DNA of 60,425 bases from Candidatus Bathyarchaeota archaeon (GTDB taxonomy: Archaea > Thermoproteota > Bathyarchaeia > TCS64), in the NCBI GenBank assembly GCA_026014515.1, contig JAOZIG010000286.1:1-60425 (forward strand). The letters are read 5' to 3'. The position numbers and the translations under genes were made by a program. Position 1 is the first letter of the stretch. Each line of letters opens with the position of its first letter. The notes beneath the pieces are model-generated. The model made no database searches and was not told the origin of the DNA. It was given only the letters and a program-made list of their open reading frames with translations. Below, piece by piece: positions 1 to 10,082 of the stretch.

Positions 1-801
1 TCCATGCATGTCGCCCCAGAATAGCTTGTACTTGGGCTCTTCCGTGAGCATCATTACTGGGTTTGACTCAGCTTTGTGCCCCATGTTATCCTTTATCTTG
101 ATGGTTTGCAGTCCTTTTTTATCCAGTTTGACACTGAACCTATGGGCTCCAATATCTGCTTCAGTGAACCTATAGGGATGAACATCAAGGCCATCAAAGC
201 TTACCGCTCCACGATAATCATCACACCTGTTACCATAACTATCCACAGCCCTGACAACTACCTCAAAGGGCTCTCCAACCGGGGCACCAGAAGGAGCTGA
301 GACATCTATTCTATCAATGTCACCGCCGATGATCTTGATCCTTGGAGATTCCGTTATCTCTTCAAAGAGCCCAGTCCCGAAAGGATCAACGAGAACCTTG
401 AAGATATGCTCCTGTTCCCTGAATGTCTGGGCTCGTAAACCGGGTGAGCCCTTGCTTTTATCACCGAGAACAATTGTAATAGTGTCTCCCTCATAGAGGC
501 TGCCGTCACGTACATCAACCTGAATGGCTGCCCTGAAGGGACGAATATGACCTCTCCTACTATACCTGTATTCTAAGCGTACCTTTCGGCTCGCAGAGAC
601 CGTGGTATACCCTGACCCCGATGGATCTGTGAACTGTGGTGATTCAATATCGCTGACACTTCTATGCGCGATCCTAATGCTGCCCCCATCATCAATACCA
701 TACTTCCCCACATGATACACAAGCGTCCATGACCCATAACCCCCAGCAACTACCCTGCTTGCTGGTGTTATCTCTGCGTCTCCAAGCCATCCTCTATCCA
801 T
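1..801 (-). CDS. DUF3604-like protein, N-terminal part (runs off the window's left edge; absent from the ORF track)
   Basis: Manual translation from ATG at 801 gives MDRGWLGDAEITPASRVVAGGYGSWTLVYHVGKYGIDDGGSIRIAHR, and the same frame reads PKYKLFWGDMHG at the edge. The GIDDGG N-terminus and the WGDxH start of a PHP-like metal barrel are typical of this family. Confidence 0.75.
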   Translation of the reverse strand, partial: MDRGWLGDAEITPASRVVAGGYGSWTLVYHVGKYGIDDGGSIRIAHRSVSDIESPQFTDPSGSGYTTVSASRKVRLEYRYSRRGHIRPFRAAIQVDVRDGSLYEGDTITIVLGDKSKGSPGLRAQTFREQEHIFKVLVDPFGTGLFEEITESPRIKIIGGDIDRIDVSAPSGAPVGEPFEVVVRAVDSYGNRCDDYRGAVSFDGLDVHPYRFTEADIGAHRFSVKLDKKGLQTIKIKDNMGHKAESNPVMMLTEEPKYKLFWGDMHG

Positions 802-855
802 AATAATCAGTAAAAGAAATGACTGAGAAGTATCTAAAACTAATCAAAAAAGAGG

Positions 856-2307
856 TTAAAGAGTCCTGCTTGGACCCGGACGGAAAATATCATGAGGCGC
901 AGCCTCAGAAGCACCACGCTCAGTAACAAGCGCCAGCTTCGCCTTCTCCCACACCTCTGGGATCGTAGATGCTCCTACATAGCCCATGGCTGCCTTCAAG
1001 CCGCCTGTGAACTCACCGAGAATCTCCTTGACTGGTCCCCTGTAGGGTACCCAGCCTTCTACTCCCTCGTTGATGGATTTGCTTGGTTTGCTGTATCTGT
1101 CCATGACGAAGCGTTTCTCACGAGCCTTGGCGCTGCCCATGCCATAGTATTCTTTGTAGTATCGTCCTTCCATAGCGACTAGCCTACCGGGGCTCTCGCT
1201 ACACCCAGCGAAGACGTTTCCCATCATGGCTGCACTTGCGCCTACCGCCATGGCTACTGCGACGTCACCGGGGTTTCTCATACCGCCGTCAGCTATTACT
1301 GGAATATCTGCACCATAGGTCTTGACTGCGTCAGCTACTTGGCTTGTGGCGTACATTGTGGGCGCTCCTGCACGTGTGACTACACTTGTGCTACAGATGC
1401 TACCGCTGCCTATTCCGACTCTGAGTCCAGCTACGCCATCAAGTTGTGTGATAATATCCTCGGCTGCCTGATAGGTACCGATGTTACCAACGATGACATC
1501 CGCCTCGACGTTCTTGATTATCTCCTTGGTTGCCTCGAAGCAGTTCTTGTTATGGAAGTGGCTAACATCAAGAACAAGGACATCAACGTACTTGTCCAGT
1601 GCCTTAGCTCTAGGTAAGTCAAAGGGGCTTGTCGCTGCTGCACAGAGCAGTCTGCCTTCCTCGTCTCTGACTGCTTCTTGGAACTTGCCTTTGAGGGTGA
1701 TGTCTTTCATCGTGATCAAGCCTTGTACTCGTCCATCCTTGTCTACGATGGGGAGTTTCTCGATCCTGTGGTCGTGGAGTATCTTCATTGCCTGCTCAAG
1801 GTCTGTGTCCTCGGTGCCTGTGATGACTTCCTCAGTCATCACATCACGGATCAATAAGTTGCTCTCAGCGAGACGAACGTCTCTCCAAGTCACTATTCCC
1901 TGTAGCTTGCTATCATCATCTACTACTGGGAAGCCTTTGATGTTATGCTCCTCCATGTGTTTTAGGAGCTCCTCTACTGTACTATCAGGGCTTACTGTTA
2001 CTACGTCCCTGATGATTACTGCCTCTGCGCGTTTTACCCTCCTCGCCATCTCCACTTCCTCTTTGGCGCTACAGTTCCTATGAAGTACTCCGAGGGCTCC
2101 TTCCCTTGCTAGGGCGATTGCCATCTCGGCTTCTGTTACTGTGTCCATGGGGCTTGCTATGAGTGGAATATTGATCTTGACGTTCTTTGTGACATTGGTC
2201 ATCACGTCTGCTTCGTTCGGTTCAAGTGTTGTCCAACCGGGAAGAAGAAGAACATCATTAAAGGTGAGGGCTTTTTCCGCATTCTCGAATTTTGAACGGA
2301 AACCCAA
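856..2307 (-). CDS. guaB: IMP dehydrogenase with CBS pair
   Basis: [19 protein letters not shown], two CBS repeats, catalytic [26 protein letters not shown]. Confidence 0.96.
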   Translation of the reverse strand: MGFRSKFENAEKALTFNDVLLLPGWTTLEPNEADVMTNVTKNVKINIPLIASPMDTVTEAEMAIALAREGALGVLHRNCSAKEEVEMARRVKRAEAVIIRDVVTVSPDSTVEELLKHMEEHNIKGFPVVDDDSKLQGIVTWRDVRLAESNLLIRDVMTEEVITGTEDTDLEQAMKILHDHRIEKLPIVDKDGRVQGLITMKDITLKGKFQEAVRDEEGRLLCAAATSPFDLPRAKALDKYVDVLVLDVSHFHNKNCFEATKEIIKNVEADVIVGNIGTYQAAEDIITQLDGVAGLRVGIGSGSICSTSVVTRAGAPTMYATSQVADAVKTYGADIPVIADGGMRNPGDVAVAMAVGASAAMMGNVFAGCSESPGRLVAMEGRYYKEYYGMGSAKAREKRFVMDRYSKPSKSINEGVEGWVPYRGPVKEILGEFTGGLKAAMGYVGASTIPEVWEKAKLALVTERGASEAAPHDIFRPGPSRTL

Positions 2308-2460
2308 TTCATTTACACCATTTTAAACCCCTAACTCTGTTACGCGCTTAATATAGTTTCTGGTTAAAGAGAATTGAAAATTAACCATTTTATGCAACTA
2401 ATCTGGGGATACCTCTTTTTAATCATGGAGCCCTGAATAAGATATTCTGGTGTCCCTCCG

Positions 2461-4401
2461 TTGAAGATAGTAAAAACCATGTGCACCCGCGACTGTCCAG
2501 ACGCTTGTTGGCTAGATGTAACCGTAGAAAACGATACTATCATCAAGATAGAGGCAAGCACCGAGAACCCATTCACCAACGGAATAACATGCCCCAGAGC
2601 CGCAGGAGACCCCCTAAGAGTAACAAGCATGGAACGAGTGCTCTACCCATACGTCAGGAAACCAAGTCCAGAAACAGGCTACAATAAGGTAGAGCGGAGT
2701 CAAGCACTGGACCTAGTTGAGGAGAAGCTCAAAAACACCATCAAGAATCATGGACGAGAATCAGTTCTACTGCTTGACTACGCCGGGAACACAGGGTACC
2801 TAACCATTGGATACAGTAAACGCCTCTGGAACGCCCTCGGAGTCACCATGACAGACTATACCGTCTGTTCTGCAAGCGGTCATGCTGGTATAGGGCTCCA
2901 CTATGGGTTGACCTATGGTCAGAGTCCACTGGATTTGGAGAAAAAGAAAAACATAGTCTTCTGGGGCTTTAACGCGAAAACCAGTAGCCCCCATCAATGG
3001 GCACTCGCTACTAGGGCTAGACGTGTAAATGATACTAAGATTATCGTGGTTGATCCCCGTGAGTCTGATACCGCTGAACTTGCCAATCTATGGATATGTC
3101 CTAAGCCGGGAACCGATGTGGCGCTTGCCTATGGTATAGCACATTATCTGATCACCAATGACATGGTTGACCTTGATTTCATCGAGAAACACACCCAAGG
3201 ATACGCAGATTACAAGGAAGAAGCCCTAAAATGGACGCCTGAAAGAGTCCAAAAAGTAACAGGGGTAAGCTGGAAAGGCGTAGAGGAAATTTGTTTGATG
3301 CTACGTGGGTCTCCCACCGTATTCATGATTGGATTAGGCTTGAACAAGAGCCAGACCGGGGCAGAGTCATGCAGGGCAGTCTCACTCCTACCAGCGTTAC
3401 TGGGAGAACACAGGGGATTCTATTACACTAACAGCCGTGGAACCATCATAGACGGAGACATCTACGGAGGCTCACTGACGGAGAAGAAACCGAAAGTAGT
3501 GAGCTTGATTAGCATAGGAGAGAGGCTTGCTGCTGGAGAGTTCAAGTTCGTATACGTCGTTGGGATGAACCCAGTATTGACACTACCCGACAGCCATAGG
3601 CTCATTGAAGGATTCAAACGAGAAGACTGTTTCCTAGTTGTCCACGACACTCATCTAACAGAGACAGCACAGCTAGCAGACGTCGTGCTCCCAGCCACAA
3701 CATACCTTGAAAAAACCGATGTTATCGTCTCAGATTGTCACCCATTCGTCAGGTTAGCCAATAAAGCCATCGAGCCCTTGGGTGAGAGCATGGACGAGTA
3801 TCCGTTGATGCTGGAATTATCCAATAGACTTGGGGTATCCGAGTCTTGGGTTCATATTGATCCATGGAAAGACATGGAACATAACTTTAGAGACGCTTTC
3901 ATTGATGGAGATTTCAATGACTTGCTCGATGGAAAGAGCCTCCAACTATACTACAGACCCATAGTCGAGTATCAGACCCCATCAGGCAAGATAGAGTTCG
4001 CATCAAATTCGGTTTCGGGGAATATCTCTTCTCTTCCAAAGCAGCTTGAGGTCACAGTTGATGATGACGAGTTCATAATGCTGAACAGCTCCTTACCACA
4101 GTATACACACACCCAGTTCAGAGACGTATACAATGACATCCCATGCACCGTATGGGTAAACCCAGTAGACGCAGAGAAACACAGCATCACCGATGGCGAA
4201 AAACGCATCATCTACAACGAGAAAGGCGAACTAGAGGTCACAGTAAAGATAACAGACCGAGTTATACCGGGGGTAATCTGGGCACCAAGAGAGCTTATTG
4301 ATGAAAAAGGAAACCCCCAGAACGGGTTAGCACAGGGAACACCACAGCTCATAGGCGGTGGACCCATGTTCAATACAATAAAAGTCAGGTTCAAGGAGTA
4401 A
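2461..4401 (+). CDS. Molybdopterin-dependent oxidoreductase (DMSO reductase superfamily, single subunit, cytoplasmic)
   Basis: N-terminal [4Fe-4S] motif CTRDCPDAC...TCPR, VVDPRE, PGTDVALA, TETAQLADVVLPA, TPSGKIEF, C-terminal VNPVDA domain; no TAT signal. Confidence 0.9.
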   Translation: MKIVKTMCTRDCPDACWLDVTVENDTIIKIEASTENPFTNGITCPRAAGDPLRVTSMERVLYPYVRKPSPETGYNKVERSQALDLVEEKLKNTIKNHGRESVLLLDYAGNTGYLTIGYSKRLWNALGVTMTDYTVCSASGHAGIGLHYGLTYGQSPLDLEKKKNIVFWGFNAKTSSPHQWALATRARRVNDTKIIVVDPRESDTAELANLWICPKPGTDVALAYGIAHYLITNDMVDLDFIEKHTQGYADYKEEALKWTPERVQKVTGVSWKGVEEICLMLRGSPTVFMIGLGLNKSQTGAESCRAVSLLPALLGEHRGFYYTNSRGTIIDGDIYGGSLTEKKPKVVSLISIGERLAAGEFKFVYVVGMNPVLTLPDSHRLIEGFKREDCFLVVHDTHLTETAQLADVVLPATTYLEKTDVIVSDCHPFVRLANKAIEPLGESMDEYPLMLELSNRLGVSESWVHIDPWKDMEHNFRDAFIDGDFNDLLDGKSLQLYYRPIVEYQTPSGKIEFASNSVSGNISSLPKQLEVTVDDDEFIMLNSSLPQYTHTQFRDVYNDIPCTVWVNPVDAEKHSITDGEKRIIYNEKGELEVTVKITDRVIPGVIWAPRELIDEKGNPQNGLAQGTPQLIGGGPMFNTIKVRFKE

Positions 4402-4434
4402 TCGTTTTACCATTTACCCCTCCTCTATTGTGGC

Positions 4435-5589
4435 ATGAAGATACTTGAAGACATACGAGTACTGGACCTAACACAGTTCTGGTTCGGACCATTCTGCACC
4501 ATGATGCTAGCAGACATGGGAGCAGAAGTAATCAGAATCGAGCCACCATGGGGCAGCGTAGACCGCCTCGCAGACGCTTATATCGCTGGGGGAAGCAGCT
4601 ACACGTTCCATCAACTGAACCTGAACAAGAAGGGTTTGACGTTGAACCTGAAAACAGAGGAAGGACTTAGAGTCTTCAAAGACCTAGTGCCAAAAGCCGA
4701 CATTGTTGTACAAAACTTCAGACCTGGAACCATGGAAAGACTCGGACTCGGCTACGATGTACTCAAGGAACTAAACCCCAAGCTAATATACGCAGCATTA
4801 AGCGGCTTCGGGCAAACAGGACCATACACAGCTCGACCATGTTTTGCTCCCATAGCTGAAGCCATGAGTGGTCACACAAGGTTGACCGGTGATGGTGTTG
4901 ATCCAAATGGTCCACCCATCGAGATGGCGCAAGCATATGGTGACCTTGGACCCGGGTTATTCGCCGCCATGAGTATAATCGCGGCTATCAGACACAGGGA
5001 CCAGACTGGTGTAGCTCAGATGATTGATGTCGCCCAGTTTGACTGCATGACCGCCCTAAACATGGCGATAACCGGCTACAATCTATCGGGGATGCTTCTT
5101 CACGAGATACAAGACAAGTATCCTATGGCAAGGGGATTCGGTGGGCTCTTCAAGGCAAAAGACGGGTACATCAGACTAGCCAGTTTTAGCCCCAGACTCA
5201 TCGATGATCTACGAGAATACATGGGCGTAGATGAGGTAACCGAGGACTTGATCGAGGAAATGGTCAAAGAGATGACCCGAGATGAAGCGGTTGCATACTT
5301 TGTGGCTGCTCGTGTCCCTGTTGCACCTGTTTACAAGCTCAATGATGTCGTTGAGGATGAACACCTTATCGAGAGAAATATGTTCACCACGGTACAGCAC
5401 AAGAACGCTGGACCAGTGAAGGTAGTAAATTTCCCAGTTAAGTTCAGCGAGACCCCTATCCAAGTTGAGAATGCTTCCCCAATCATCGGAGAACATAATG
5501 AATCAGTACTCAGAGGCCTACTTGGCTACGGCGACGAGGAGATAGATGCCTTGAAGAAAGCTAATGCAATCGCGGAGAGATCACAATGA
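4435..5589 (+). CDS. Family III CoA-transferase (CaiB/BaiF)
   Basis: IRVLDLT..GPFCTMMLADMGAEVIRIE, NLNKKG, ADIVVQNFRPG, SGFGQTGPY, catalytic-Asp region YGDLG. Confidence 0.93.
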   Translation: MKILEDIRVLDLTQFWFGPFCTMMLADMGAEVIRIEPPWGSVDRLADAYIAGGSSYTFHQLNLNKKGLTLNLKTEEGLRVFKDLVPKADIVVQNFRPGTMERLGLGYDVLKELNPKLIYAALSGFGQTGPYTARPCFAPIAEAMSGHTRLTGDGVDPNGPPIEMAQAYGDLGPGLFAAMSIIAAIRHRDQTGVAQMIDVAQFDCMTALNMAITGYNLSGMLLHEIQDKYPMARGFGGLFKAKDGYIRLASFSPRLIDDLREYMGVDEVTEDLIEEMVKEMTRDEAVAYFVAARVPVAPVYKLNDVVEDEHLIERNMFTTVQHKNAGPVKVVNFPVKFSETPIQVENASPIIGEHNESVLRGLLGYGDEEIDALKKANAIAERSQ

Positions 5590-6290
5590 AATACGATATA
5601 ACAGGAGTCCTGTCCACGTACCCGGAAATCCACATAGGCGTTCTTGTAGGGCGAGGCATGGATAACAAAGGCCAAGTTCCAGAACTCTATGGACTACAAA
5701 AAGAAGCCATCAAATCAGCTCAGAAACAGATTGGAGACCAACCACCCACCAAACACCCCCACATAGCATCATGGCGAGAGCTCTACAGAAGCTTCGGAAC
5801 AAAAGCAGGAGATTACAGGCCATCAGCCGAGGCACTAGTCCGACGCTGCATCAATGAGGAGAAACTACCACGTATCAATAACGCCGTAGACCTCTACAAC
5901 GTAGTCTCAGTTAAACACGTTATACCCATGGGTGGCTTTGACTTGGAGCATGTTGAAGGCGATATTTACCTCAGGTACAGTGAGGGTGGAGAAACTTTCA
6001 TACCCCTTGGACCCGGAACACCAGAGGAAACCTATGATGGAGAAGTAGTTTACGCCGATAATCAGCGGATACTGACTCGTCGCTGGAACTATCGTGACGC
6101 TGATGCCACCAAGATCACTGAAGAAACCACGAATTTAGTGATGTTTCTTGATGCCTCACCTGTGATAAGCGTAGAAAAAGTAAGAGAGGCAGTAGAGGAG
6201 CTACGGACCCTTTATGAAAAACACTGTGGCGGAGAATACACCATAGAAATAGCGTGTAAAGAAAACCCGGTAATAGAGTTGGGAGGCTAA
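5586..6290 (+). CDS. Stand-alone B3/B4 domain protein (PheRS beta editing-like)
   Basis: WRELYRSFG..YRPSAEAL.RR, LPRINNAVDLYNVVS, GGFD, GEVVYAD..ILTRRWNYRD; ATGA overlap with the CoA-transferase stop. Confidence 0.88.
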   Translation: MKYDITGVLSTYPEIHIGVLVGRGMDNKGQVPELYGLQKEAIKSAQKQIGDQPPTKHPHIASWRELYRSFGTKAGDYRPSAEALVRRCINEEKLPRINNAVDLYNVVSVKHVIPMGGFDLEHVEGDIYLRYSEGGETFIPLGPGTPEETYDGEVVYADNQRILTRRWNYRDADATKITEETTNLVMFLDASPVISVEKVREAVEELRTLYEKHCGGEYTIEIACKENPVIELGG

Positions 6291-7417
6291 GCCTCCACGT
6301 TATACTTGTCGTATAGCTTGTGTAGTAGCGTGTTCAGCTCCTTGGCTCTTTCCTCAGACTCACTTGGTTTAAGCTCTGGGCACTCATAGCCAACAACTTC
6401 ACGCATATACTCGACATTCTTCTCACAGAAGACGACGGTACCATCATCCTTGATCTTCTCAATACCATCAATCTTTCCGCCCTCCTCATTGATCCTGATA
6501 GCCTCCTCACGACTGATACCCGGTAAAACCACTTTTGCACCACTTCGACCTAGCTGCGTTGGGTAACCTCCCGGCAAGCCTTCGACACCAGTAACACAAG
6601 TGTGGACCTCATTGGTATCATAATATATCGCCAATACGTGCTTCAGGAAGCTGCTTGCAGTCCTCATCTGGTCTACAAGGGCACTCTTGTACTGAGTCAC
6701 TACACCGTAACCTGCTTCTTGGTAGAGTCGTGTGATTTTCTCGTTTGGCCATTGATCCGAGACATCTTCCCCATCAACTATGACCTTCACGTAGTATGGT
6801 CCGTTCATTCTCGCTGTATAATATGCTCCATGGTGTCCTACACCGTAAAGCTGTACAGATCTGAATGGTACCTTCATGGTTCTAGCGATAACACGTTTAA
6901 CCCGTCCTAGTCCAAGGTCCATGTTACCGCCACCACATGTAGGCTCTAATCCTAGTTTGCTGAGCACCACGTTGGTTGCGTCTGGGAAGGCACCGTTCAC
7001 TACATTGGTCTCGATACCTGATTTCTTCACCGCTAACATCAGCTTATGAGCTAGTGTAAGGTGGTTTGGAAGCCATGGTCCCACTGGACCTACCTTCTTG
7101 TAATCCTCTGGCGGCAATAGTCTTGTTATCCACCATGAACCCAAGCTGGCTAGGTTGCATATGACCTTTGGTTGGTGTACCTTGAGGAACTCAGCTGTAC
7201 CGTTGATATCGAATAAGTTGATACTCTCAAAGCTTAGATCAGGGTAGAACCCAAAGTTGTGAGCCGTATGAAGCGCCTCCTCTACCTCAAAACGACCCTT
7301 TTCTTCGTCAACATCAGCGCCAATAACCTTAATGGGCGTACCCATACTGGCTATCTGATACATCATATCGTGACCCACGCTACCCGCGGACCCGATTAAA
7401 AGAATGCTGTCAAGCAT
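6287..7417 (-). CDS. NAD(P)-binding LDH/MDH-superfamily-like oxidoreductase, paralog A
   Basis: Rossmann IGSAGSVG, VVNGAFPD, GGGNMDLG..R, GVGHHG, GLPGGYP. Start moved from 7438 to ATG 7417 by alignment with paralog B. Confidence 0.65.
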   Translation of the reverse strand: MLDSILLIGSAGSVGHDMMYQIASMGTPIKVIGADVDEEKGRFEVEEALHTAHNFGFYPDLSFESINLFDINGTAEFLKVHQPKVICNLASLGSWWITRLLPPEDYKKVGPVGPWLPNHLTLAHKLMLAVKKSGIETNVVNGAFPDATNVVLSKLGLEPTCGGGNMDLGLGRVKRVIARTMKVPFRSVQLYGVGHHGAYYTARMNGPYYVKVIVDGEDVSDQWPNEKITRLYQEAGYGVVTQYKSALVDQMRTASSFLKHVLAIYYDTNEVHTCVTGVEGLPGGYPTQLGRSGAKVVLPGISREEAIRINEEGGKIDGIEKIKDDGTVVFCEKNVEYMREVVGYECPELKPSESEERAKELNTLLHKLYDKYNVEA

Positions 7418-7468
7418 GACACATCCAATAGTATCCACCTAGTAACGATAAAAAATTTGAGATGAAGC

Positions 7469-8596
7469 CTACTTCGCCACATTATACTTGTCGTAGAGCT
7501 TCTTCAAGAGACTGTTTAACTCACGTGCACGTTCCTCGGACTCGCTAGGCTTCAACTCTTTACAATCGTAGCCCACTACCTCACGCATATACTCCACGTT
7601 CTCGTCACGGTAGACTACGGTTCCATCGTCCTTGATACGCTCAATTCCGTCACATTGAGCACCAGCCTCGTTGATCTTGATGGCTTCCTCAAGACTAAGA
7701 TCAGGTATTGTAACCTCTGCACCATTTTCTCCAAGTCTACACGGATATGCCCCGGGTAACCCTTTAGGTGCTGGCACACACTCCATCATCTCATTAGTAT
7801 CATAGTAGACAGCCAAGACATTCTTCAGGAAACTCGCACTGGTTCTCATCTGATCAACCAAGGCTCCAGCGTACTGTGCGCTTTTTGCGTATCCTGCTTC
7901 AGCATACATGTCTCTTAGCTTCGTATTTGGGTACTTTTTCGTAACGTCTTCCCCATCCACCAGTATCTTAACCCAGAAAGGAGCATCCATACGCTTCGTA
8001 TAGAAAGCACCATGATGACCCACACCATATATCTTAACACTCCTGTATGGAACACCAAGTTCCCGGGCGATAATCCGCTTAAACCTGAAGATACCTAGGT
8101 CCATGTTGCCACCGCCACAGACAGGAGCCATACCAAGTTTGCCGAGTACCACGTTTGTCGCGTCAGGGAACGCTCCGTTCACCACTTTAATGTCCAATCC
8201 TGTCTTCTTAATCGCCTGCATAAGCTTCATCGCTAAAGTCAAGTGGTTAGGTAACCAAGGACCAATGGGGCCAATCTTCTTGTACTCCTCATCAGGAAGA
8301 AGCCGAGTAATCCACCATGAACCGAGACTCGCAAGATTACATACTACCTTAGGTTGAAGAATCTCCAGCTTCTCAGCTGTACCTTCTATATCAAAGAGAT
8401 CAATCTTCTCAAAGCTCAGGTCAGGGTAGAACCCGAAGCTATGGGCGATGTGTAGGCTTTCCTCTATCTCGAATCTGCCTTTTGTCTCGTTTACATCTGA
8501 GCCGATTACCTTGATGGGGAGCCCCATGCTGGCTATCTGGTACATCATATCGTGACCTACACTGCCAGCCGAACCGATAAGCAATATACTGTCCAT
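7469..8596 (-). CDS. NAD(P)-binding LDH/MDH-superfamily-like oxidoreductase, paralog B
   Basis: Same motifs as 6287-7417 and collinear with it over the full length. Confidence 0.65.
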   Translation of the reverse strand: MDSILLIGSAGSVGHDMMYQIASMGLPIKVIGSDVNETKGRFEIEESLHIAHSFGFYPDLSFEKIDLFDIEGTAEKLEILQPKVVCNLASLGSWWITRLLPDEEYKKIGPIGPWLPNHLTLAMKLMQAIKKTGLDIKVVNGAFPDATNVVLGKLGMAPVCGGGNMDLGIFRFKRIIARELGVPYRSVKIYGVGHHGAFYTKRMDAPFWVKILVDGEDVTKKYPNTKLRDMYAEAGYAKSAQYAGALVDQMRTSASFLKNVLAVYYDTNEMMECVPAPKGLPGAYPCRLGENGAEVTIPDLSLEEAIKINEAGAQCDGIERIKDDGTVVYRDENVEYMREVVGYDCKELKPSESEERARELNSLLKKLYDKYNVAK

Positions 8597-8726
8597 TATT
8601 CCTCAGTGAGGGTTAGATCAAGAAGTATTAAAAATTTCAATATTTGTTGAAATAATAATCATACATATAATATTCAGTAAATAATTCCACTAAGTAATAT
8701 ATAGTTAAAATAACCATATTCAAAAC

Positions 8727-10013
8727 ATGCTCACCAAAAGAACCCTACTGGTTACTCTACTTATCGCAACACTCGCTCTCCCGACAGTATATGGTCAGGA
8801 GACAACGCCCACATCTCTAGACATTACGGTGTACAGTGACGGAACAGCGAAAACAGTATACGATCTAGAAGCAGACCCTACAGAGGTTCGTGTATCCGTT
8901 GAACTCTTTGGACCCCCCTATAGCAATCTGGTTATCAGAGATGAAGATGGAAACCCTCTTGGTTATGCAGTTGATGGAGCTAACGTTACTATAGACAGTA
9001 TTGGAGCCCTTGAACTGAATATCCAGTACATAACCTCCTCTCTTACAGCAAAATATGGCAGCCTCTGGGAGCTAAACGTATCTGCTCCCACAGAAACAAG
9101 AATTATTCTTCCCTCTGGGGCATCAATCGTTGACTTCTTAATGCTCCCAATAAATATCGGAGTAGTAGATGGTAAGACCTATCTCGACTTTGAAGCCGGG
9201 GAACTTTCCCTCTACTATCTACTAGGATTACCTAGTATCGCGGTTGACGCGGATGAAGCCATAAACACCGCAGATGAATATATCACAGATATGGCTGGAG
9301 ACGGATATCAGTTGGAATCAGCTGAATCAATGCTAAGTCAAGCCGAAACCCTCTACACCCAAGGATCATATCTTGAAGCAAAAAATCAGGCAGAAGCAGC
9401 ACTACGATCAGCTCAAGACACTGTAGATGACGCTGATAACGCTGAAAACGCAATTTTACGCGCCGAGACCGCTATAAACGAAGCCGTTGCCGAGGAAAGG
9501 ACAGTAAATCTGGCTGCCGCTGAGACCGCATATGCTTCTTCTGTTGATCTATTTGATGAAGGTAATTACGTTGAAGCTGAGAATGTAGCAAATCAGGCAT
9601 ATCAGCTTGCATTACAGGCTGAAACCGAGCCCAGTGGAGGAAACACCATGCTCTACGCTGGTTTACTGGTGCTATTATTGGCAGCTGGAGGCGGTGGATA
9701 CATGTATATGCAGAAAAACAAGATGGGTGACGATGGTATTGTTCCCCATACGAAACAACAGGCCGAGATAGACCTCGATAAAATACTCAATGAACATGAC
9801 TTGAAGTTGGAAGACAGGGAGGTTTTACGGTTTATAGCCGATTCTCAGGGAGAAGTCTTCGCTTCAGAGATACGAGACCGCTTTGAGATGCCTCGTTCCA
9901 CTACATGGAGGCTCATTCAGAGGCTTAAAGACCTTGAAATTATCGAGGAAGTGAAGATCGGGAACCAGAGTCTTCTCCGGATCGATGCCCGGTATCATCG
10001 GGAGGTTGAATAA
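8727..10013 (+). CDS. Membrane-anchored protein with extracellular domain and C-terminal winged HTH (COG2512-like)
   Basis: Signal peptide, beta-rich then Ala-rich helical ectodomain, TM helix (MLYAGLLVLLLAAGGGGY), C-terminal EDREVLRFI..GEVFASEIRDRFEMPRSTTWRLIQRL. Confidence 0.8.
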   Translation: MLTKRTLLVTLLIATLALPTVYGQETTPTSLDITVYSDGTAKTVYDLEADPTEVRVSVELFGPPYSNLVIRDEDGNPLGYAVDGANVTIDSIGALELNIQYITSSLTAKYGSLWELNVSAPTETRIILPSGASIVDFLMLPINIGVVDGKTYLDFEAGELSLYYLLGLPSIAVDADEAINTADEYITDMAGDGYQLESAESMLSQAETLYTQGSYLEAKNQAEAALRSAQDTVDDADNAENAILRAETAINEAVAEERTVNLAAAETAYASSVDLFDEGNYVEAENVANQAYQLALQAETEPSGGNTMLYAGLLVLLLAAGGGGYMYMQKNKMGDDGIVPHTKQQAEIDLDKILNEHDLKLEDREVLRFIADSQGEVFASEIRDRFEMPRSTTWRLIQRLKDLEIIEEVKIGNQSLLRIDARYHREVE

Positions 10014-10014
10014 A

Positions 10015-10040
10015 TGTTCCAAATCGTTCCGCCGTGTTCT
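10015..10040 (+). promoter_or_regulatory. Three direct repeats YGTTCY phased at 10 bp, candidate operator
   Basis: TGTTCC 10015-20, CGTTCC 10025-30, TGTTCT 10035-40, just upstream of an AT-rich promoter-like stretch and ATG 10083. Confidence 0.45.
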
Positions 10041-10082
10041 TCTAATAAAATGAAAATATTACAATGTCCAGTGAATAAAGCA

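Noticed and set aside
76..300. 74-aa plus-strand ORF
   Set aside because: It is antisense to the DUF3604-like CDS (1-801, minus strand), which has recognisable motifs.
10014..10082. N-terminal extension of the 420-aa ORF
   Set aside because: The signal peptide begins at Met 10083; the upstream part looks like promoter/operator DNA.
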